In this document: positions 1 through 10,869 of the stretch, piece by piece
How the letters are laid out: each line of letters begins with the position of its first letter
Numbering within the stretch: position 1 is the stretch's first letter
Source of the DNA: Callorhinchus milii
Lineage: Eukaryota
Length of the DNA: 64,000 nt
Assembly (NCBI RefSeq): GCF_018977255.1
Contig: NW_024704742.1
Location: forward strand, 121,584,001 to 121,648,000
Direction: 5' to 3'
Translations under genes and position numbers: made by a program
Notes under the pieces: generated by a model
The model's database searches: none
The model's input: only the letters and a program-made list of their open reading frames with translations
Told to the model about the DNA's origin: nothing

Positions 1-97
1 CAAAGATTTTGTCAGCCCCTTGTAGTAATTTATTTTTGTATTTTATAATCATTTACATTCTTTGTACTTCCTAATACGGATATTTCCTCCTTTTTAG

Positions 98-164
98 GTC
101 ATAAAGGTGAGGTGTTATCAGTGAAATGGTCACCACGTCATGAACATATCTTAGTAACAGCAAG
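98..164 (+). CDS. ERCC8: ERCC8 coding exon ([23 protein letters not shown])
   Basis: tttttag acceptor, AG|gtaatt donor, 67 nt, WD-repeat GH motif. Confidence 0.93.
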
Positions 165-3100
165 GTAATTGATTTTAAAAAAAATGCATGTTTTAAGGTA
201 GAAATACAGGTTTGGTAAAGTGACTTATAAGGTCACTATTAATTAAGTAATTGGACACTTTTAAAACTAGGCGACATGTGCCTTTATGTTGTATAAAATT
301 GGGCTTTCCTGCAAATATTCCTCCCATGAATGCAGTGCGTTCTTTCCCTCTAAACTGCCATCACCTCACCCTGAAAAAAAAAATTTGTCTCGACATGGAG
401 TCCTATAGCTCAGTGGTTAGAGCATTTGCCTCGCAAGGGAGAGACCTGAGTTTGATTCTTGGCAGGGCAAAACTTGGGCAAGTTTCCCTACTCCACAGCC
501 TCTGCTTACCTAGCAGTAAGTAGGAAAATAGGAACCCGGTTGTCAGTCGATTGGCAGATTGCTTTTCTGGGGGGGGGAATAATTCCTTAAAAAAAAATTA
601 GTCACTCAATCAATGACTGTTTGTGGGACACTGCTGTGCGTAATTCGCTGCCTCGTTTTGTCCACAAAATATACAGTCAATTCATTTTACAGTATATTCT
701 GTGAAGCGCTTTGAGACATCTCGAGGATACGTGATAAGGCACTATATCAAATGCAAAGATTATTATTCAGTGCCATTGACTTATTAAATCTCTTCATGAA
801 CAAGTAACAATAACTTTACCCTGGGCAGTTCCATTCTTGCACAGGTAGTTTTGGTAGGAGAAGTAACCCCATAAGGCATTCGTGAAAGTTTTTTTTTAAA
901 CAGTAAAACTACACATTTCTACTATTTATCACAAATAATTTGACTATGTTAGCTATATCCCTATCCTGATCACACTCCAGTGCCCTTGCTGGAAAGTGGA
1001 CAGATATTGATCTGGGTTTAGGACGGAATCAGCTCAAAAGAATCGGCTTGGCCATGATGTGACAAAGGTTGAATAGCCTGTCAACCCTCACTGTCAAGGC
1101 TAACTGTACCCAGTGGAAGGGGAAAAAAGGATCCAACTTTCAAGAGTTGGGAAAAGTAATCGCTTCCGTCTGTGGAGTCCTGTAGCTCAGTGGTTAGAGC
1201 ACTCGCTTTGCAAGCGAGAGACCTGAGTTCAATTCCAGGCAGGGCGAAACCTTGGGCAAGTTTCCTTACTCCACACAGAGCCTAATAATAATCCCTCCAA
1301 AACCAAAAACAATAATAAATTGGTCTTTTTCAATCCACGACTGTTTGTGGGACATTGCTGTGCGCAATTGGCTGCCGCGTTCGCCCACAAATATATACAG
1401 TCAATTCACTTTACAGTGTGTTCTGTGAAGCGCTTTGGGACGTCCTCCCAACGTGAAAAGCGCTATATCAAATGCAAGGATTATTATTATTATTATTTCT
1501 CAAATATGTTTTTCTATCAAATGTTTCTTAGTGCTGACAGTAAAGTTAGATTCTGGGACGTACGTCAAGCTGCGGGAAGTGTAATTGTACTTGATCAGCA
1601 CAATGGTGAAACTGCCAAGTCTTCTTCAGAGGCAGGTAATAACCACCCCTTTATTTTTGCTTGTCAGGTATTTTATTTATTTTCTCATGTCTTTTTCTCT
1701 TCAACCATGCATTCACCTCCCCCCTCAACTCTCTTCCCCCTCCTCGCTCCCTCCCTTCCCTCCCCTCACCCTGACCATTTCCCCTCTTGCTCGGGTCCCG
1801 ACCCAACTGTCCAGCGCCTTGGGACGTCCTCCCGATGTGAAAGGCGCTCTATAAATGCAATCTTGTTGTTGTTTTGCTGTCTGTGTCACATGACAGGCTA
1901 TTGACATAAGCCTCTGTTTGTGATCCATTAGTACTGGCTATTAATTCTCACACAAAAAGCGCCTCGGATGAATTATTCTTACTTTCTTTGTGTGTCAGCC
2001 TGGCTCAGTTGGTAGCACTCCTGCTTCTGTCAGATATTTGTAGGTTCAAGTATCATGTCAGGACTTTGAACTCACATTGTCTAGGCTGACGGTCCACACT
2101 AGTGCTGGGTGACCTGCATTCTTGCATTCATCCTCAAAGTACACAGTCACCACACTTTATAGTGACTTTTGTGAAGAGACTTCCTTCTGAAGTGAAAGTG
2201 AAGTAACAAGTTATCAGATATGACAAGTTGGGCAAAGGTCCAGGGAGCATTGTGAGCATGTATATATACATCAACACGCACATAGCGAGCAACTGTTAGT
2301 GTGACGAACAGCCATGGTCCCAGAGCTGTCAGCTTATTTGTTAAAATTTGTTTAAATTAAGTATACGTTTATTATAGCATGGCCCTCCAATAGAGCAGAA
2401 GCCTCTGCGATGTATCTGAACATATGTGTGCTCAACCTCCGCTGAGCGTCCACACCAGCCACAGGATAGGGTGGGAGGGCTCTGCGATGCAAGATGTCAG
2501 TGGAGTCCTATAGCTCAGTGGTTAGAGCGCTCGCCTCATAAGCGAGAGACCTGGGTTTGATTCCCGGGAAGGAGAAACGTGGGCAAGTTTCCTAACTCCA
2601 TCACGCCTCTGTTTACCTAGCAGTAAGTAGGAACCTGGTTGTTGGTCGATCGGCGGATCACTTTTCCTGGGGTGATAATTCCTTTTTTAAAAAAAATGGT
2701 CACTCAATCCATGACTGTTTGTGGGAAACTTTGCCTTGAAAGTGAACAAATATCTTGATCTTGTATTTTTTGATAATGTTTATTCCGTTTTTGTAGCATA
2801 AAAGATGACACATGTATTGTAACATAAAGGATTTATTATACTAGCTGTTACAGGGAATACCATAGCTTCTATCCACAGTGATTCGGGAAATATTAATTAA
2901 TATTTATTTATTTATTGACAGGAAATACTGCCCATTATGGCCGTGTTAATGGACTCTGCTTTACCAGTGATGGGCTGCACCTTTTAACTATTGGCACAGA
3001 TGATCGCATGAGACTCTGGAATAGTTCCACAGGAGTCAATACGCTGGTATTATCTGCTTTTGTAACTGAACATTTAACTAATTGTTTTTGGCAAGGAGCA

Positions 3101-6100
3101 AGCATAGCAAGCAATGTTCTCATAGAAATTGTTATAGTTGAGGTGTTTAAATTGTTTAATAAACAGTTGGGTTAATATAGTGCAGCCTCATTATAACAGT
3201 GTTTGGGTTCCATAAAATCTCAGCCAGATTATAGCGAGGTGTAATAGCAGGTTTGGCTGTGTATACTGACAGCTAACCATCTCCCATTCTAAAAGAAAAG
3301 TGGCCAATGAGTCACTGCCAACATCACTCTCTGTTTTCTGCACATGCTCAGGAAGCAGAAAGTGCTATCAGCGGCAACCTAATGATCCGGAAGTCAGTCG
3401 TTTTAAAGCAAAAGGATGGTTGGCACATAGAAGAAAGTGAGCTGGCTGCACACATACACATAGAATGGGGACCACAATGCAACTGGATTATCAGCGAATA
3501 CTGAAGTTCATTTCTAAGGGGCTGCACTGCAGCTATATTTACCTAGTAACGTAAACGCTATAAAGTAAGGAGCAGGTGAACACGATTTTGCCATTAAACT
3601 ATGTGACGGGGCTATTGCAGGCATTATTCTAACCTCAGTTGTAATGGCATAAGTTAGACCACTTTCAAGTGATTGTCTCACACTAATTGTTGCTTTCTTG
3701 TTACTTTTCCAATCCAGTCCCTGGAGACAATGAACCAGTGTATGCTCTTATTTGGCAGCTATCTTCAGAGATTGTTTTACCAAAACCCACCCAATGTATT
3801 TGAAAGCTTGGTGGCAACTCACCCATGTGGCTTGAATTACAGTCTAAAATGTGAAAATGAAAAAATAATCTGCGTTATTAGAAAAATGTGTGAGCATTTG
3901 TCATGTTTGATCTGTTTGATCAACTAATTTGCCTAGCCTCCAGTTAGTTGTTCTGTAGCTAATTAATCCTTCTGGGATCCACATTAAATTAAAGAAGCAA
4001 AACATTTACATTTTTCCCAGTTTTGTTCAACTGCTCCGGCATCCATCTGATGAGTGAGCAGACTTTCCCAAAATTCAATGTCAGTACTATTCCAATTCCT
4101 GAATTATAATTTTCTATTATTTTCCACTTTTTATCCTCCATTTTCTCCACTTATTTTTAATAAGAACACCAGTACATCACTTACTCCTACGACTGACATT
4201 CCTGTATTGCACTGACCACTCAGTAGATAATGGCACTGAATCATGGGTTTCAGAGCTGGAGTGTTCCATGTTGATCTCTCAACTGTGCTGAGTTAGCTAA
4301 CCTCACCTGCGATGATGATAATAATAATTATTTAATAACAATAATTCTGATCACACGTTTAGGCAATATAGCATCACTCACTTAACAAACTGGATCAGAT
4401 CGCTCCAAGACAATTAAAAAAAACTAGAAAAAATAAATTCAGAAAAGACATGATATGGAATTCCTTTGACAAGTAATTATAGGCATTTGATGATTTCAGG
4501 TGAACTACGGAAAAGTGGGGAATGAAAGCCGAAAGAGCCTCCAGTTTACAGTGTCCAGTGGCTGCAGCCCAGATTTTGCCTTTGTTCCTGTGGGTAGTTG
4601 TATATCTGTTTATGATATCTACTCAGGACAACTACTAACTGAACTCAGGGGCCATTATAACTCTGTAAACTGCTGCATCTTCCAATCTGATTTCCAAGTA
4701 AGTCATTTATTCTTTCTCTGTATATAGTTTGTCTTAGCAGAGAACAGCTGAGCTGAAATTTGGAATGATTTAATGATGAAAGAGTACTTCTGTCGTTGCT
4801 TTTGATTAGCCTGGTATCTGACACAATCGGAAACCCATCACCATGCTTTAGAGAATCAAAACCAAACTTAAAGTTCCACATGTGTATGCCACCTACATAT
4901 AGAAAGCAATGCCCATTTTCCTGTCTGGAAGGCAAGCCCATTCTCTCTCTGGAAGGATACTTACTGAATTCCAAAGAGTTTAGGAGAGGTTGTTGGCAAG
5001 AGCCAAGGTTTAAGGACCACAGAGTGCGTATTGAGGTACTGCTGAAGTTTAACCAGCTAAAAACGCACAACTTGCCATTAAGCGCACTATCTTGCAAGCT
5101 TCCCACAGTTTGTTCAGGTAGTCTGCGTTTCATGTCCGGTTTATTTATTAACATGAGCCAGGCTGGCTGTTCTGTCGTCAGCAATGCCCTGGAGTATTGC
5201 AGATTATCGAACTATTGAGACTGCCACAGAGGGTTGACTTGACATTCTGTTGCCCAGCACTTCACCTCCACTTTCCCTGTTGTTTTAGAAATGGCTTTCT
5301 GATTTAATACCTTTTTAGATAGATCACACAAATACTTTTGCAATATTTGCAATAATCCTAAACCGCTAAAACAGTAAAGGAAATATTGCATATCCAGGAG
5401 ACTAAGTATATCAGCCCGGTTAAGATAGGAGCACCCTCAGAAGATTGTGGGTTGAAGCTGCGTGCGCAGACCTTAAGCTCATAGTCTAGGCCGACACTTA
5501 GTGCATTGCTGGGAGAGTGCTGCATTGTTGGAGGTGCCGTCCCTTGGATGAGACATTAACTGAGGTTCCCTCTGCCTGTTAAGATGGACATTTACAATCC
5601 TGTGTGCTATTTGACAAGGATAGGGAGTTTTCCTGGTGTCCAATTCCCAACATAAAAAAAATCAGTCATGCTTATTTGTGGGACATTGCTGTGTGCAAAT
5701 TTGGCTGCTGTGTTAGCCTACGTATCTGGTCATTATAACTTTTTTTTACAGGTTTGGTAAGTATTCCTGTGGATATTCTTCCATATATATGGGGATATCA
5801 ACACACCAGGATAAATGTAGAGTTAATGGAACTGTTTCCATACTCATTCTTAATGTATTTTAGGATTAATAAATCTCTTTTTTCTGCTGTACTTTTCTGG
5901 TTCTCCTTGCTGTTGTATTTCTTTGCTTTCATTGTATGAGTGAAAGATGTAGCATGTGATGTGGTTATCACTAATGTGACCTTAATCTCCTAGAGAAATC
6001 CCAATCGATGACTGTCTGCTGATACTTACCACCCCCTGACTGATTGATCATGTCCAAAAAGCCACTTGCAGTGGTCATTGAACCAGTTAACAAGCAATTT

Positions 6101-9100
6101 GAACTTGTTTTCACATGGATCAAAGCATTTCATTGTCAGTTTGCTGATTACCAATTCATTGTTTTTGAACTAAATTTATCGATTCTCTCTCCTTGCCTTC
6201 AAAGCCCTCTTTTTGACCATATTTTTGGTTGATAGCCCTAACATCTCTTCCCAGTTCCTCCCTAGGTATCAAGTGTTAAGTGCTTTGAGATATTCATTCT
6301 ACTGAAAGGTACTCTATAAATATAAGCTGTAGAGTGTCATCTGAAGACATACAGATTTCTTACTCTCTCTGAGACTGCTGGAGATCCAACATCCTTGTGC
6401 ACTGTTGCTAGAAGAGAAGGGAAAAAGAAAGTTGTCCTAAAAACAAATCAACATATAAAAAGAGTTTCAAACGGGTATTGAATGTGAAATTCAAACACTA
6501 ACTTAGTTGGAATTATTTTAATTTCTTGTTTTGCTCTTTCCAGGAACTCTATAGTGGAGGCAGTGATGTGAACATTTTATCATGGGTCCCAGATCTTGGT
6601 CGAATTGTTGTTGAAGAAGAGGAGCCTGTAGGGGTAAGAGGAGAAAATCATGCACTGCATTGTCATCACAGACCAATATTGATCAACTTACAGAAACTGC
6701 AGCCTAGGAGAAGGGCATGTAAACCATCAACCCTAAAATGGTGCTAGCTCATCCAATAGAGCTAACAAATCTAATCCCAATTATCCACTCTTTTCAACGT
6801 TCATTTACATTCCCGCTTCAAATGCGTATCCAATTCCCTAAATGTTGATCTGGTATCTGCCACGTGTACAAAATATTCCACAATCTGATAATACTCTGAA
6901 AGAAAGAGTGCGTTCCAATCTCCCTCTTAAATTTTACAATAACAATTCTGAGTTTATGTCCTCTCTTTACAAGAACTGTAATGTGTTTTACCAGTCTTTA
7001 TTGTCGACCATGGAATGTGTGCCACAGAGGTCTCTTTTTCCATATGTATTAATGATGTTGACTTATATATAGGGGTATAGTATCAGACATTGCAGATGAT
7101 ACCACACGAGAAGACACAGTGAATATGAGGAGGATAACAAGGGACTGCAGGCGAATTTAAATAGATTAGCACAATGTGCAAATTAGTGGCAGATAAAGTT
7201 TAATAAAGCAAAATATGAGTTGATTTATTTTGGTAGAAAAATGAAAGAAGGGAATATATATTGAATGGCAGTATCTTGCAAGGTGCAGAGGAGCAAAGGG
7301 AGATTTGGGAGTGCAGGTACATAAGTCCTTGAAAGTGGCAGCATAAGTAGAAAGAGTTGGGGAAAAAAGCTTATATTATTAAGAGTTTTACACATAAGGC
7401 CTTGCATTGTTGGAGGTGTTGTCCTTTGGATGAGACATTAAACCAAGGTCCTGTCTGCCTGTTCAGGTGGAATATTAAAGATTTTATGGCACTATTCGAA
7501 AAGAGAAGGAAGTTTTGCCTGTAGTCCTGGCCAACAACCTCCCCCCAAAAAATTGGTCATTCACTTCATGGCTGTTTGTGGGACACTGCTGTGCGCAAAT
7601 TGGCTCCAAATACACAATTACTCCACTTTGGGGTGTCCTTCCAGTGTGAAAGGTGCTATACCAAATGAAAGGATAATTCTTATAAGATTATTGGACCTTA
7701 ATTACTAATATTTAATGTGATTTTTAGTACTGTGCTATGTAGGGTTTGATATATTCACTGTAACGTTCAAACTTAAAAAAATTGTGTTTCCAAGTATGAC
7801 TTGGAACATATTTCTCTTTCAGTCATATCAGTAGTTTATTTGCCAATCATGTGATATGTAATTTATGTTGTGACATCAAAGCACTGTTTACGTTTTGGGT
7901 ATGGCATCCATGGTTGTTTATTGAAGGCCTGGCTGTGGAATTTAGCATTGTTCCCTTACTTGTGATCTCAAAAATAACTCTGTTTTAAACAATTGTAAAA
8001 GTCACTTTTGTGTCCTGGGTTTACAGAGTTCACTTTCGTTTACAGTGACTCATTTGCACCTGTAGCTAGCGATAAAGGAAATAGACTATTGACTTTGCTT
8101 TGGATTTGTTTGCCCTTTGTCAAGATCTTGTTTAACGATATTGCAGTAACACTATTATAGTTGTTAATGCTGCCATGTTTGCCTATAAATACACAAACAT
8201 TATGCTTGACAGCAATTGGCTGTCTTCAAGTGCATGTTTTGGGAGAATTATAACACCCAACGACTGTTTGTGGGACACTGCTGTGCACAATTGGCTGTCT
8301 TGTTTTGCCCACAAAATATACAGTCAATTCACTTAAGTTTATTCCGTGAAGCGTTTTGAGACGTCTTGAAGACTTCATAAGGTGCTATATCAAATGCAAG
8401 GATTAGTATTTACTGCCTGACAGAGACCAGCTAACTTATTAAAGCACAGACCAAAATTTAAATCTATTCTGCAGGGGGGGAATTTCATCTGAGTTTAGAC
8501 TTAACATTGTTTTTTCTAAGCATTTGAGAGAGAGCAAATTGTGGAAAATTCTTAAATTCAGTCTTATTTTTCAAGCTGTTTTTCTTAAAAGTTCTTGAAA
8601 ATTAAGTTCTGAAAAGAATCTTGAAAATTAAGATTGAATTTAAGTAAAAATTATCCAAAGTTTGCACTTTCAAATGCTGAGAAAAAAATCTCAAAACTAT
8701 ACTGAGGGAAAATTTCTACCATCCGGTTGGTATTATCTGATGAAGTGGTGGGCAGGGCCTTTATCCACTAGGCCATCGGGGGAGTGTTCATGTTGATATT
8801 CAGTCATTTACTTATTGTTTTTAAAGCTCAATTTTTCTGACTTTCAATCTCCTATTTGGTGTCTTTATCAGTGTTGTTCTTTAACTAGCTGATAGGCTGT
8901 AGTGGAGCAAACTCAAAAGAAATAGGCACCCTCTAACTCTTCCTACTTATTGTAGAGAAATCGCTGGCTTTCACTGATGGCATGCATGGAATTTATGGGC
9001 CGTGGTTTGTAAATACTAAATTAGTTTCCATATCACAATTCTCATTTTAGAATAGGGATGCCAACAAAATAACAATCTAAAAGAATATACAACTACATTA

Positions 9101-10041
9101 CATGTTATATATTTAAAAAATCTTTGCATTTGTTACAGAACTTCCACATCAGGAGGACATGTCAAAGTCACTGTAAAGTGTAGTGACTTGTGTAGGTAAA
9201 CACGGCAGTCAATTTGCACACAGCAACGTCCCACACACAGCTGTGAAGCAAATGCTGTTTACAACAACTTGCATTTATATAGCACCCTTCATGTAGGGTA
9301 GCATTTAGTAGTACATTACTAGGTCAGGGTCGGATACAGAGCAAGGGAGGGAGAAGTGGCCAACGGTGTGTCTGAAGAGGTAGGATTTAGGTCGGACTTA
9401 AAGACATATTAGGGAGATGTAGGGATAGAAGGAGGGAGTTTCAGAGCTTAGGGGTGTAGGATCTGAAGGCTTGGCCAACAATGGTGTTTGGGAAATATGC
9501 AGTGAGCCTGAGTTAGTCAGTGGAGTGGCGAGCAGAAGGGTGGGGTTGGAAAAAATCAGATAAATGGAGGCAGTGTTAGGGCAGTGAGGAACTTGGAATC
9601 GATCTGCTGTTAGACAGGTACACAGTGGATGCTGGGGAGGACTGGGGTGAATTGATCTGGGGGACTGGTGGCCGGGAATTGGGAGAAACTCCCTTCTCTT
9701 TGCAATTAGTTACTATGGGGTCTTTAACATCCAACAGGCAGATGGAGCCTTCGTTTAACCTCTGATCCAAAGGATGGCATGTCCAATAATGCACGGTCCA
9801 TTAGTACTATATTGCAGTGTCAATCTAGATTGTGAGTTCAAAGAGCTGATGTGGGGCTTGAACCCACAACCTTCTGAACTCAGAGGCGAGAGTTGTACCA
9901 ACTGAGCCAGGCTGACACCAACTTACCAATATAGAGTAATAATATAGTATGCTTTTTTCTCTTGTGTTGCAGTCTGGAGTGAGCACTTCTGTGAATCGTG
10001 CTTTCCAGGATGAATGGAGCAGCAGTGAGGAGGAGAACTGA
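98..10041 (+). CDS. ERCC8: ERCC8 / CSA WD40 protein, 3' part of the gene (six coding exons; 5' exons lie upstream of the window)
   Basis: Exons 98-164, 1532-1635, 2922-3046, 4500-4697, 6544-6633 and 9973-10041 have AG/GT ends and compatible phases. They join to [34 protein letters not shown]...[25 protein letters not shown]...[32 protein letters not shown]...[13 protein letters not shown], the recognisable C-terminal WD repeats and acidic tail of CSA. Confidence 0.97.
396..767 (+). mobile_element. tRNA-derived SINE, long form (also 2500-2728 +, 11935-12215 -, 50950-51265 +)
   Basis: Same tRNA head and tail as the short form, plus an extra central block gcctctgcttacctagcagtaagtaggaa...cggttgtcagtcgattggcagatt. 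Confidence 0.85.
1172..1497 (+). mobile_element. Young tRNA-Ala-derived SINE, short form, full length
   Basis: gtggagtcctgTAGCTCAGTGG (A box), ctcgc-tttgcaa-gcgag arm, GTTCAATTCC (B box), ccttgggcaag body, L2-like 3' stem-loop and (TTA)n tail; near-identical copies occur elsewhere in the window. Confidence 0.93.
1532..1635 (+). CDS. ERCC8: ERCC8 coding exon ([34 protein letters not shown])
   Basis: ttcttag acceptor, G|gtaata donor; phases match neighbouring exons. Confidence 0.93.
1700..1875 (+). mobile_element. Short L2 3' end (similar stubs near 11748-11928, 19090-19185, 19370-19570, 22255-22482, 38930-39100, 44140-44410, 50670-50910, 52180-52680 on +; 9265-9580, 22640-22980, 24150-24500 on -)
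   Basis: ctgtccagcgccttgggacgtcctcccgatgtgaaaggcgctctataaatgcaatcttgttgtt terminus. Confidence 0.85.
2922..3046 (+). CDS. ERCC8: ERCC8 coding exon ([41 protein letters not shown])
   Basis: ttgacag acceptor, CTG|gtatta donor, 125 nt. Confidence 0.95.
3178..3529. mobile_element. Possible old Tigger-like MITE
   Basis: ta|tagtgcagcctcattataac at the left end and aggggctgcactg|ca at the right (agtgcagcc inverted); subterminal gattatagcga/gattatcagcga. Confidence 0.4.
4500..4697 (+). CDS. ERCC8: ERCC8 coding exon ([10 protein letters not shown]...CCIFQSDFQ)
   Basis: tttcag acceptor, CAA|gtaagt donor, 198 nt, phase 0/0. Confidence 0.95.
6544..6633 (+). CDS. ERCC8: ERCC8 coding exon ([30 protein letters not shown])
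   Basis: Polypyrimidine tract plus cag acceptor, GGG|gtaaga donor, 90 nt. Confidence 0.92.
6690..7400. mobile_element. Two decayed CR1 fragments (minus strand about 6690-6970, plus strand about 7010-7400)
   Basis: gcagatgatacc (ADDT) and gtgcagaggagcaaagggagatttggg resemble the CR1 RT region. Confidence 0.6.
8474..8720. repeat. Long imperfect palindrome (foldback MITE-like), arms about 100 bp
   Basis: Left arm ttttttctaagcatttgaga..gcaaattgtgga..cttaaattcagtcttatttttcaag pairs with right arm cttgaaaattaagattgaatttaag..tccaaagtttgc..tcaaatgctgagaaaaaaa. Confidence 0.85.
9973..10041 (+). CDS. ERCC8: ERCC8 terminal coding exon ([22 protein letters not shown])
   Basis: ttgcag acceptor; matches the vertebrate CSA tail pattern AFxDxWSSS-acidic; TGA at 10039-10041. 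Confidence 0.92.
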   Translation, partial: SGVSTSVNRAFQDEWSSSEEEN

Positions 10042-10519
10042 CTTCCACGTTCCTCTGTCAGAGGAAACCCGTTTAAAATAGATGCCCAGAGCTCGATAGA
10101 CATTCCCAGGAGCCTTAACTACAGCTTCAAGTGGTCTGGCTTCTCTATTCAGCTCTACATTATCGCTGAGATGAAGCATCTGTGGTACTTTAATTAAAAA
10201 TGTAAAATAGCTATAAATTACTGATTTTTTTTAGTCAATATTTAGTGTAAAAGAATTAGTATGTCACACTGGTTTAATTGTTTGATTTAACCCCTTTTTT
10301 TAAAAAAAGAATCATGAGTTCTTAAGTCAAGAATATTTAGAAACGTCAACTCGTAACAAAGACCATAATGTTTAAGATTTATATTAAAAGGATTGGGCCT
10401 GTTTTCCATCTTATTTATGTGAATTGATAATTAGTCTTACTCCTGACTACTCCAATGATTCCGTTGGTAAGTTCATTGGTAGTGTGTAACTGTACAGAGA
10501 TGGCTGTTCTTAGGCTGTT

Positions 10520-10800
10520 TGGTGACTGGACTGCACAATTGCCCTCAGTGGTCCTGGGTTATAGAGGGACAAATCAGACCAGGTTCCCAACCCTGAACAC
10601 AGTTGTATGACCCCTTTCTGGAAAGTTAGCTTTTGTGCACAGCTGGTGAAGGTTATCTTGTTCAATTTTAATTAGCCCACAATCAAATATCCTGCAAGTA
10701 CTGACTGTCTGTGTCACCAATGAAGAAATTTGCTGGAATGTGGCTGGAGCTCATGAAACCATACCACAGCATGAGTTAATACCTTCAGGAGAGAAATGGA
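10520..10800 (+). mobile_element. Ancient AmnSINE2-like SINE remnant in the probable ERCC8 3' UTR (related remnants near 960-1125, 16700-16990, 21890-21975, 39710-39930)
   Basis: Shared motifs ctggg(c/t)tagggagggga, ggttcc..ctcctgatc, ctgctggaaagt, aatagcctg..cactgtc, accttcaggagag; the family name is from recall and has not been searched. Confidence 0.5.
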
Positions 10801-10863
10801 GAAACTTTGAGAGAGGGGATTTATTTTTTAATGTATCACTTTTTTTCATATCATTTTTGTCTC

Positions 10864-10869
10864 AATAAA
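10864..10869 (+). terminator. Candidate ERCC8 polyadenylation signal
   Basis: AATAAA about 820 nt after the stop codon, in an AT-rich stretch; ATTAAA variants occur earlier (e.g. 10383). Confidence 0.45.

Noticed and set aside
1174..1246. tRNA-Ala(TGC)-like cloverleaf with A and B boxes (also at 23699, 38300, 50255, 60305)
   Set aside because: It is always followed by the SINE body and tail, the T-stem is mismatched and the anticodon varies among copies, so these are SINE heads, not tRNA genes.
1320..1904. 194-aa ORF, and similar ORFs containing CKDYYYYY or [14 protein letters not shown] (e.g. 60385-60876, 44568-44834)
   Set aside because: Chance read-through of SINE and L2 sequence; only the embedded ERCC8 exon 1532-1635 is real.
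4047..4075. ctgatgagtgagcagactttcccaaaa as a second hammerhead core
   Set aside because: Stem II is poorly paired, GAAA is absent and there is no Penelope context.
4645..5184. 179-aa antisense ORF overlapping an ERCC8 exon
   Set aside because: It lies mostly in the unclassified repeat, has no recognisable domain, and is not kept open in the other copies.
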